From a virus: a stretch of 64,000 nucleotides of DNA. The stretch is taken from IMG/VR virus record IMGVR_UViG_3300028742_000011; one strand, written 5' to 3'. Under the pieces are notes generated by a model that was given only the letters and a program-made list of their open reading frames with translations, made no database searches and was not told where the DNA came from. The translations under genes and the position numbers were made by a program. Positions 57,226-64,000 of this stretch are shown here, piece after piece (position 1 is the stretch's first letter; every line of letters begins with the position of its first letter).

Positions 57226-57693
57226 TACGTGGGTGTCTCAAGTCATTGATTCTACAGGTGAATAAATCTTCTGTGTTGTAATGCTTGACTTTAGTGGGTA
57301 CACCTCCGGCATATCCCCTGTCCTTACTCCATCTATCACCATCTGGTCTGTGCTATTGCACCTCTACTAGACACTGTGGCGATTTCCAATGAAGCTTTGT
57401 GGACAATCAGTTGGTATTCCATGCCTAAAACCACACCCAGTCCCCTGCTTGACCCCCTCAAGCTTCGAATTGAGTCATTAGTACGCTGTCTGGATGTGCG
57501 CTGTGCCAAGGTTTTTGTTTGTAAGGACTTGTGAAGACTAGGACGTTATGCCGGTAAGATCATGCGAATCATCATGAAATGTGGGATACTACCCACCCGT
57601 TCCCTAGAAAACTGCTTGTTAGCAGAACCCTGTTGCGTTGTTCGTACGTGATGCTGTCTTGACGGTTGTCTCCCGTCGATTGAAACAAATACT

Positions 57694-57722
57694 AGTGTAG
57701 CATGTGGATGACTATCTGTCAA
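57694..57722 (-). promoter_or_regulatory. Promoter TTGACA-N17-TACACT (minus strand)
   Basis: AGTGTA (57694-57699), N17, TGTCAA (57717-57722) on the + strand. Confidence 0.55.
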
Positions 57723-57743
57723 CCCCTTTTATTCCCTTTAGAA

Positions 57744-58223
57744 TCAAAGAGGTGCGTGATTGTGTTCTTTGGACAGATCGTCGCACTCGGTATTCTGCTC
57801 TCGCGGAATCCACGTGTAGTCGATGGAGAGACCCTTCAGGACTTCCAGATCGGCGTGCGCGTTGAACGCCTTACGCCAGAATGGGTAGTAGAGCTTGTCC
57901 TTCTTCGGACTCCAGATGCCGCTCATCATGTTGACAACGAGCTGTGAGTCGCCGTACACTGTCAACGTATCTGGTTCCACACTGCCGGACTTGACACGCT
58001 GCTCAAGATGCGCTGACAGGTATTCGAGGCCGTAATAGAGCGCGTCGAACTCAGCGACGTTGTTGCTCATCACTGGATTCGTACCGGTTACGCCTGAGTT
58101 CTTGAAGATCAGGCGAGGGAGCGCGTCGGCGCGGTTGAACTCTTTGAGTACGAAGCCCCACGCGGCGGTGCCACCGGGGTTGGGCCAGCAAGACCCATCG
58201 AAGTGTAAGACGAAATGTGCCAT
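57744..58223 (-). CDS. rnhA: Ribonuclease H (type 1)
   Basis: HFDGSCWPNPGGTAAWGFVL (DGS..GG), NNVAEFDALYYGLE (catalytic E), VYGDSQLVVN (D), ...ECDDLSK (D). Confidence 0.75.
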   Translation of the reverse strand: MAHFVLHFDGSCWPNPGGTAAWGFVLKEFNRADALPRLIFKNSGVTGTNPVMSNNVAEFDALYYGLEYLSAHLEQRVKSGSVEPDTLTVYGDSQLVVNMMSGIWSPKKDKLYYPFWRKAFNAHADLEVLKGLSIDYTWIPREQNTECDDLSKEHNHAPL

Positions 58224-58246
58224 GAGTCTAATGTATCACAGACCGC

Positions 58247-58275
58247 TTGACAAGTCAATGGTTGTTTGCTACACT
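58247..58275 (+). promoter_or_regulatory. Promoter TTGACA-N17-TACACT upstream of the DNA polymerase gene
   Basis: TTGACA 58247-58252, 17-nt spacer, TACACT 58270-58275. Confidence 0.55.
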
Positions 58276-58371
58276 ATGAACAGTCGCAAAGATCACCGGC
58301 AGGGATTTAGAAAAACTATACCACTTTTTCTGAACGGGACCGGTAGGAGCGATGTGAACTGAATTGAAGAA

Positions 58372-61068
58372 TTGCAGCCAATCACCCCGATTGACATAGA
58401 AACACTCACGCCCCCACTCAAAGTTACTTTCATCCAGAGCCTCGAAGAGCTTGCTTCTCTTCAGGATTTCTTTGCGCGTGTCCAAGCGAACGACAAAGGT
58501 GTACTCGGATGGGACGTTGAAACGACCCCGTTGAAGGACTACTTCTTCCGGCGCTGCCGTACTGTCCAGTTTGGTAACAACGTCGAGCAGTACGTGATCG
58601 ACCTCTTGCCCTTCTGCGACAACGATCCGAACCTACTCTTCTCATGCCAAGGTCAGTACGGCGCGAACCTTCCTCCAAAGCTCAAAGAGTTGATGCTCAT
58701 ATTGGAGCCTGTGTTGTGCTCTCGAAACTTCCTGAAGGTCGGCGTGAATCTCGGCTTCGAGTACATGACCTTCTACTGGAACTTCGGCCTGCGCACGTAC
58801 AACTACTACGATTGCTCGATGGCGGAGAAGTGCATCTGGGCCGGGGCGCACTCGATGAAGGACTACGGCTACTACTCCATGAACGAGATGATGGAGCGTT
58901 ACTTCCGAAAGACTGTGGACAAACAGTATCAGGAATCGTTCACTCTCGACGCAGTGCTTGAGCCGGGTCAGATCAAATACGCCGCACTCGATACGCGGTT
59001 CCCACTGAACATCATGATGGCCCAGAAGGTCGTCGCGTCCGGCATTCGCCTGAAGACTCTCAAAGAGAAGGGCAGCCCGATGGCCAAGTTCATGGAGAAC
59101 CTTGAGCCTAAGAACTCCAGCAACGAGCCTATCGTCATGGGCGACAATCTCAACGAGATTGTCCAGATCGAGAATGACGCCATCGGCATGTTCGAGGACA
59201 TGCACATCCACGGTGAGCGCATGGACAAGGAGAAGTGGCGCAAGCGTATCGACGGCAAGATAGCCGAGCTGACCGCGCTCTATAGCGACTCGCTCGACCC
59301 GTACTTCATCCCTCTCGTCGGCAGCAAGTACGACATAAATACTGATGCTGAGATCGATGCGAAGGAAGCGCAGTGGAAGGCGTTCAACGTCGTCTCCCCG
59401 GCTGAGCTGGAGCTGAAGAAACAGATCGCGGTCTACAAGAAGGCGGGCGACACTGCGGCGATGGCGCACCTCGAAATGCAGAAGGCTCTGCTTGAGCAAC
59501 AGCGTAAGGATTTGAAGGAGACGCTGAAGACTGAGCACAGCGACATGAAAAAGAAGCGGACGAAGATCAAGAACCTCGCCGCCAAGTGTGAAGGCGCGGC
59601 ACTCATCAACTACAGTAGCGATTCCCAGCTATTAGCGGCCCTACAAGAGATCAAGGGCCTCAAGTCGATGAAGAAGTGCGACGATGACACACTGGCGAAG
59701 TATGAGGCCAAGGGCTTCGCTATCTGCGGTTCAATCCGCAAGCTTCACACTCTGTCCAAGGAGATCGGGACGTACGGATACCAGTGGGCTACAGAATGGA
59801 CGAGCAAGCCATGCAAAGAGGAAGGGTGGTTGCACCCCGGCGACGGGCGTCTGCATTGCGTCTACAACCAGTACGATGCTGAGACTGGGCGTTCCTCATC
59901 GGAGAAACCTAATGGCCAGAACCTACCGCAGGACGAAGCAGTTCGCTCCTGTTTTATTGCTGATCCTCCTAACGAGTCCATACGTGTTTCTGATTGCTGC
60001 AATGCTGACGCGCCTCCTCGTGAGGGCATCTATGTTGCGGACTTCTCTGTGCCCGGATTTAGGTGCTCCGCCTGCGGAGAGCTTTGTAACACCCACGCAG
60101 AAGAGTATGTAATCATCACCGCCGATATGTCCGGCGCGGAGCTTCGTATCATCGCGGAGCTGGCACAAGACCCGGTGTGGATCGGTGCTTTCGGTCGCGG
60201 CGAGGACGTTCACTCTGTAGGCACTGAGATTCTGCACGAGCAGGGCTGGGTAGTCCTGACTGAACCCGGCTGCAAGTACTATGCGAAAAAAGAGAACGGC
60301 GAACCGGCGCGGCAGAAGTGCAAATGCAAAGGACACGCTGAGCTGAGGAACGAAAACAAGAGCACGAACTTCCTGCTGGCGTACGGCGGCGGCCCAAGCA
60401 AACTCGCGCAATCAATCGGCAAGACGGTCGAGAAGGCCGCTGAGCTGATGGAGCTGCACTCCAAGAAGTTCCCGCGCATCTGGGCATACCTTGAGCAGTC
60501 TGGCAAGAATGCCTACATGAATAAACGCTCGTTCGATATGTACGGTCGGCGTCGTCTCTTCCCAGACCCCACGTGGGATCGTGCGAAGGAGAAGGCGAAG
60601 GTTGACAACGAAGAGAAGCTGAGATTGTCACCTGAAGAGGCACAATTGAAGTACGACCTCTTCGTCAAGAACAACAACCGCAAGCCGGACAAAGAAGAGC
60701 TGTGGTTCATCGAGCACAACCAGCCGACTCAGAAAGAGATCGGTAAGGCAATGGGCGCGATGTCAGGCTCTATCGAGCGCCAAGGAAAGAACCACGCCAT
60801 TCAGGGTACGAACGCCACGATCATCAAGCTGGCGGGCGGTTGTGGGTTCGACAAGGACGGAGTGCCGTACCTGTGGCATACTCTTCCCACCTTCCGTGCG
60901 CGTCTCATCAAGATGGTGCATGACGAGCTTGTGGTACAATGTCCTAAGCACAAAGCCACTGAGGTAGCAAAGCTGATCGGTGACGCATTCAAGCGGGCCG
61001 CAGCGGTGAAGATGACAGCAGTGGTCATGGAGTTCGATTCGAACATCGCGGAGTGTTGGAAAAAATGA
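58372..61068 (+). CDS. polA: Family A DNA polymerase (Pol I-like) with 3'-5' exonuclease domain
   Basis: Exo I GWDVETT. Motif A ADMSGAELRIIAE. Motif B KSTNFLLAYGG. Motif C VHDELVV. Confidence 0.9.
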   Translation: MQPITPIDIETLTPPLKVTFIQSLEELASLQDFFARVQANDKGVLGWDVETTPLKDYFFRRCRTVQFGNNVEQYVIDLLPFCDNDPNLLFSCQGQYGANLPPKLKELMLILEPVLCSRNFLKVGVNLGFEYMTFYWNFGLRTYNYYDCSMAEKCIWAGAHSMKDYGYYSMNEMMERYFRKTVDKQYQESFTLDAVLEPGQIKYAALDTRFPLNIMMAQKVVASGIRLKTLKEKGSPMAKFMENLEPKNSSNEPIVMGDNLNEIVQIENDAIGMFEDMHIHGERMDKEKWRKRIDGKIAELTALYSDSLDPYFIPLVGSKYDINTDAEIDAKEAQWKAFNVVSPAELELKKQIAVYKKAGDTAAMAHLEMQKALLEQQRKDLKETLKTEHSDMKKKRTKIKNLAAKCEGAALINYSSDSQLLAALQEIKGLKSMKKCDDDTLAKYEAKGFAICGSIRKLHTLSKEIGTYGYQWATEWTSKPCKEEGWLHPGDGRLHCVYNQYDAETGRSSSEKPNGQNLPQDEAVRSCFIADPPNESIRVSDCCNADAPPREGIYVADFSVPGFRCSACGELCNTHAEEYVIITADMSGAELRIIAELAQDPVWIGAFGRGEDVHSVGTEILHEQGWVVLTEPGCKYYAKKENGEPARQKCKCKGHAELRNENKSTNFLLAYGGGPSKLAQSIGKTVEKAAELMELHSKKFPRIWAYLEQSGKNAYMNKRSFDMYGRRRLFPDPTWDRAKEKAKVDNEEKLRLSPEEAQLKYDLFVKNNNRKPDKEELWFIEHNQPTQKEIGKAMGAMSGSIERQGKNHAIQGTNATIIKLAGGCGFDKDGVPYLWHTLPTFRARLIKMVHDELVVQCPKHKATEVAKLIGDAFKRAAAVKMTAVVMEFDSNIAECWKK

Positions 61069-61217
61069 AGATGCCTCATATCAATCCGCACCTTATACCG
61101 AACGTCATGATCGCACTTGACTTCGCAGCAGCGGCAGTGTACGCTTCAGATAAGAACTGGAAGCAGACGGTCTACTGGCTACTGTGTGCAGCCATCGTCT
61201 ACGTGGTGACATATTGA
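61065..61217 (+). CDS. Small membrane protein (50 aa, not in ORF track)
   Basis: The ATG overlaps the polymerase stop (ATGA). Hydrophobic LLCAAIVYVV. Confidence 0.3.
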   Translation: MKMPHINPHLIPNVMIALDFAAAAVYASDKNWKQTVYWLLCAAIVYVVTY

Positions 61218-61225
61218 TCGAGCGA

Positions 61226-61537
61226 ATGGACAGTCTATGGGAGCGCGGCGAATATCTCCTGTTCAAGGATGTGGGGAAGGCCCGTAAAGGCGGCACTACC
61301 CACGTCTTTGACGTGATGTCTAAGACCGGCGCTGCACTGGGAATCATCAAGTGGTTCCCACACTGGCGGAAGTACACGTTCCACCCCGGACCCGAAACAG
61401 TTTTCGATCCAAAGTGCTTGACAGAACTATCCGAGTACTGTACACTGAAAACAGTCGAACACAACGCAGGTAAGGGATACCCCAGAGACTATAGAGGTTT
61501 CTGCAAACCGAAGGTTGACAATCCCGATCAAGTTTGA
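61226..61537 (+). CDS. Hypothetical protein
   Basis: Start chosen at Met 61226. The listed ORF starts at 61184. Confidence 0.35.
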   Translation: MDSLWERGEYLLFKDVGKARKGGTTHVFDVMSKTGAALGIIKWFPHWRKYTFHPGPETVFDPKCLTELSEYCTLKTVEHNAGKGYPRDYRGFCKPKVDNPDQV

Positions 61538-61544
61538 TACAATT

Positions 61545-61945
61545 CAAAAAGTTACGCATGGTATGAAGCTCCAAAGTCGGTAGACGGACGTGGGTTCGAA
61601 TCCCACCATCTCCACCAAAACAACTCGTAAGCGTACTGCATACGGGGATGTCAAGGTTTCGACGGATACAGATAGAAGAGTGGACTGTGCAGGTGCCTAG
61701 CGACCTTGACTGCTGGAAAAAAAGAACTGTCACCGAAAGTGTCAGCCACAGCCGTGTCCGTTTCAGCGTTCGCAAGAGCGTTGTTGCAGCACAGCTACTT
61801 GCGGCCTAATAACCGCTGGGGCCTCTTGACGGGCCTAGCAACAGAAGGGGGAGCGATCCCCCAGTCTAAACATTTACGTGGGAAGGCTGACGAATGGATT
61901 TTCATGGGGTCGGTCGGCGGGTGATTGGGGTTGTCACTGGCGAGG
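61545..61945 (+). ncRNA. ssrA: Circularly permuted (two-piece) tmRNA (ssrA) candidate
   Basis: The upstream acceptor piece ends ...GACGGACGTGGGTTCGAATCCCACCATCTCCACCA (T-arm, 3' acceptor strand, CCA), very like the E. coli tmRNA 3' end. The coding piece starts 26 nt downstream with GGGGATGTCAAGGTTTCGACGG (cf. GGGGCUGAUUCUGGAUUCGACGGG). GGGGATG pairs with CATCTCC including a G3:U70 wobble. The in-frame tag ends ...AAQLLAA-TAA-TAA at 61786..61812, followed by CCGCTGGGGCC (cf. E. coli UAAUAACCUGCUUAGAGCC). The ends are approximate. Confidence 0.55.
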
Positions 61946-61962
61946 GTTTATAAAGGAGATGT

Positions 61963-62241
61963 ATGTCTGGACAAGAGCAGTTGGTAAAAGGCGGCAAGAG
62001 TTCGTTTCCGTTCTTCTCTATTTTGACCTTGATTTTTGTCGTCGCTAAACTTGCTGGGTTCTTCCCGCATTCATGGTGGATTGTGTTCATACCCCTGTGG
62101 GGACCGATATCGGTACTGGTGGCACTGTCGTTGCTGTTTATTCTGGCAGCGTTGATCTTCGCAATAGTGGGTTCCGTTATCGACGAGATCGATAAGGTAC
62201 GCAGCAAGAAAAAGAAAGACGACGGTAAATGGCTCTCCTGA
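61963..62241 (+). CDS. Membrane protein (2-3 TM helices)
   Basis: AAGGAG RBS. Hydrophobic FFSILTLIFVVAKLAGFF and VLVALSLLFILAALIFAIV. Confidence 0.45.
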   Translation: MSGQEQLVKGGKSSFPFFSILTLIFVVAKLAGFFPHSWWIVFIPLWGPISVLVALSLLFILAALIFAIVGSVIDEIDKVRSKKKKDDGKWLS

Positions 62242-62369
62242 TTCTGTTCCTCGCATTCTTCTTCCTACTGGTCGGCGCATCAGTTACGGCGCTGGCGCTG
62301 GGATACCTCGCGTATCGAGTGTATCAGTTCTTCTACAAACGTCGAGCGCTCAAGGCGTACGGCTTTTAG
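62229..62369 (+). CDS. Small membrane protein (46 aa)
   Basis: MALLILFLAFFFLLVGASVTALALGYLAY... Confidence 0.3.
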   Translation: MALLILFLAFFFLLVGASVTALALGYLAYRVYQFFYKRRALKAYGF

Positions 62370-62374
62370 ATTGT

Positions 62375-62449
62375 TGTGAGGTAGCTCAATGGCAGAGCAA
62401 TCGCTCGATAAGCGAGAGGTTGAAGGTTCAACTCCTTCTCTCACAACCA
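62375..62449 (+). tRNA. tRNA-Ile-like (anticodon GAT) with an atypical anticodon loop (C33)
   Basis: Acceptor TGTGAGG/TCTCACA (one G:U). D-arm GCTC-AATGGCA-GAGC. Anticodon stem ATCGC/GCGAG (27:43 mismatch), loop TCGATAA. T-loop TTCAACT. CCA encoded. Confidence 0.55.
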
Positions 62450-62790
62450 AATGCAACTGTGGTCGAGAGTATGTGTACGACCGTGCTAAGGGGCACAAAC
62501 GACATATTTGCAATTCCTGCAATGCCAATAGACGTAGGAATGAGATCAAAAGGCGTATGGTTGAGTATAAGGGTGGCAAATGTGTCGCCTGTGGTTACGA
62601 TAGATGCATCAGGGCTTTAGGATTTCATCACCTTAGTCCTGCCAGCAAAAACTTTGATCTTTGCAGGGCATACACTAAGCCTTGGGAGACCGTCAAGACA
62701 GAGTTGGATAAGTGTGATCTACTGTGTGCTAATTGTCACATGGAAGAGGAAGACTTACTTACTCGACAAGCCGGGGAGTGGCGCAAATAG
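62389..62790 (+). CDS. HNH endonuclease (CxxC...HH...CxxCH type); the 5' end of the ORF overlaps the tRNA, so the true start is probably downstream
   Basis: KCVACGY...ALGFHHLSPASKNFDL...KCDLLCANCHME. The first 61 nt of the ORF overlap the tRNA at 62375..62449. Met 62557 or a GTG after the tRNA are candidate starts. Confidence 0.5.
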   Translation: MAEQSLDKREVEGSTPSLTTKCNCGREYVYDRAKGHKRHICNSCNANRRRNEIKRRMVEYKGGKCVACGYDRCIRALGFHHLSPASKNFDLCRAYTKPWETVKTELDKCDLLCANCHMEEEDLLTRQAGEWRK

Positions 62791-62996
62791 ACGCACGGCC
62801 CATGGGGGCCGGTATAGTGCAGGTATACCTCGTAAGAGCGAGTCCTGTCTCCCCGACCATTTCAAGCTGGCTCAACGTTCTTATCCCCGTCTTCATGAGC
62901 CATCCAAATAAAAGACAGAATGGGGAGCTGACAGCTTGCGTGAAGTTGTTGACTTTTTGAAGCATCAGGTTTACAATACGAAAACAAGATGCGTTT

Positions 62997-63072
62997 GGCG
63001 GGATAGCTCAGTTGGTAGAGCAGCGGACTCATAATCCGAAGGTCGGTGGTTCAAATCCATCTCCCGCAACCA
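62997..63072 (+). tRNA. tRNA-Met/Ile2 (anticodon CAT)
   Basis: D-arm GCTC-AGTTGGTA-GAGC. Anticodon loop CTCATAA. T-arm GGTGG-TTCAAAT-CCATC. CCA encoded. G1:A72 mismatch. Confidence 0.7.
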
Positions 63073-63107
63073 AGTTCTGTAACTAAACCGGTAACACAGG
63101 GAGATTT

Positions 63108-63926
63108 ATGAAGCGCGGATATATTCTGTTAGCAATTCTGGTACTGGCCTCGTTGGTAACTCTGGCGACTCTGGGATGTAATACTGTGTCCCCAAACAAC
63201 GGCTTTGAAGCCGTACTCGTCGAGAAGCCACTGATCTTCGGACACGGCGGTGTAGATGATACGCCTGTGAAGACCGGCCTGACGTTCACAGCGCCCACCA
63301 CCTCAGCCATCTTTGTCAACATGCAGCCCATCGCAGTCACGGAAGACCTGAAGGACTTGATGTCCAGCGACGGCGTGCCTTTGGAGTTCGATCCACAGCT
63401 CATCGTCCAAGTTGATGACTCTGTGAAGCTCATCAAGAACTTTGGTGAGGCGTGGTACCCCAACAACATCCAGCGCCAGTTCCAGAACTACGTGCGCCAG
63501 TCGGCCAAGAAGTACGACTCTAACGAGACCGCCATCAAGTCGTCAGCCATCGAGGTGATCGAGCAGGAGGTCACGAAGAACCTGAGTGACTACATTGTGG
63601 CCACCAAGATTCCCGTGCATGTGGTCCGCGTGACCATCGGCAAGGCCAACCCACCTGACCTCATCAAGCACCAGCGTGTAGAGACTGCTGCGCAAGAGCA
63701 GCGCGTCAACACCGAGGCGCAGCGCAAACTGGCTGAGGACTCACGTAAAGCCGCCGAGCTTTCCCGCGCTGAAGCTGACAACGCTTACCGAAACCAGATG
63801 GGCCTCTCGCCCGATCAGTTCATCCAACTGGAGCGCGTCAAGATGCAGGCTAATGCTTGCGCCAACCCTAACTCCCGCTGTATCTTCAACGACGCTAAGG
63901 TGCCGTTGATCCTAGAAGGCAAGTAA
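63108..63926 (+). CDS. Lipoprotein with an SPFH/band-7 (HflK/C-like) domain
   Basis: Signal peptide plus lipobox LATLGC. The SPFH-like core (DPQLIVQVDD...IKHQRVETAAQEQRVNTEAQRKLAEDSRKAAELSRAEAD) is called from memory of the family. Confidence 0.45.
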   Translation: MKRGYILLAILVLASLVTLATLGCNTVSPNNGFEAVLVEKPLIFGHGGVDDTPVKTGLTFTAPTTSAIFVNMQPIAVTEDLKDLMSSDGVPLEFDPQLIVQVDDSVKLIKNFGEAWYPNNIQRQFQNYVRQSAKKYDSNETAIKSSAIEVIEQEVTKNLSDYIVATKIPVHVVRVTIGKANPPDLIKHQRVETAAQEQRVNTEAQRKLAEDSRKAAELSRAEADNAYRNQMGLSPDQFIQLERVKMQANACANPNSRCIFNDAKVPLILEGK

Positions 63927-64000
63927 TCGAGATGGGCGGCCACCCTAAAGGTGGACACAGCCGTCACATAGGTGGATACCCTAGCAGGGTCGCAATGCCA

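Noticed and set aside
58642-59538. 298-aa - strand ORF
   Set aside because: Antisense to the DNA polymerase gene.
61556-61617. An isolated T-arm plus 3' acceptor strand plus CCA with no upstream 5' half, first read as a tRNA 3' fragment of the attP type
   Set aside because: No integrase or recombinase is present. The matching 5' acceptor strand GGGGATG lies 26 nt downstream with tmRNA-like sequence, so it is read as the acceptor piece of a permuted tmRNA.
61706-61924. 72-aa + strand ORF
   Set aside because: Lies inside the putative tmRNA coding piece. Its sequence is better explained as structured RNA (tag ORF, pseudoknot-like GC stems).
1-64000. CRISPR arrays, integrase/attP, transposases, rRNA
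   Set aside because: No direct-repeat/spacer periodicity, no tyrosine or serine recombinase motifs, no IS-like inverted repeats or rRNA-like sequence were seen.

Overview
This 64 kb window reads as part of a virulent dsDNA phage genome, not a chromosome. I found no integrase or attP site (the tRNA-3'-end-like element at 61556..61617 is read as part of a permuted tmRNA, not attP), no CRISPR array, and none of the rRNA or housekeeping genes a chromosome would carry. GC is about 57%.

Layout:
- 1..14.5 kb, + strand: early and DNA-metabolism genes. These include a HAD phosphatase, an HNH nuclease, an SF2 helicase, an RNA ligase with an N-terminal tRNA-binding domain, a T7 gp4-like primase-helicase, an endonuclease VII, RecA and a T4-type lysozyme. 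The arm ends at a bidirectional hairpin terminator.
- 14.8..57.1 kb, - strand: one long leftward arm. In map order (low to high coordinate) it carries:
  - a class II ribonucleotide reductase (NrdJ);
  - several HNH and Endo VII nucleases, a DUF1643 protein and a metallophosphoesterase;
  - a SleB-like hydrolase with a holin-like gene;
  - two paralogous giant low-complexity proteins;
  - at least six tail-fibre and tail proteins with duplicated N- and C-termini;
  - virion proteins, an HK97-like major capsid gene followed by a terminator, a scaffold candidate, the portal and the large terminase;
  - a dual-specificity phosphatase, a JAB/MPN protease, three tRNA-type genes and an Ala/Val/Lys-rich repeat protein.
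- 57.1..58.4 kb: a regulatory hub containing an RNase H gene and several promoters.
- 58.4..64 kb, + strand: a family A DNA polymerase, an apparent circularly permuted (two-piece) tmRNA, two more tRNAs, an HNH nuclease and an SPFH-like lipoprotein.

A strictly conserved promoter, TTGACA-N17-TACACT, occurs at least six times. The most notable RNA observations are the permuted tmRNA and a tRNA-like gene with a structured insertion of about 56 nt in the anticodon loop. All calls come from reading the sequence and from remembered family motifs. No database search or folding program was run.
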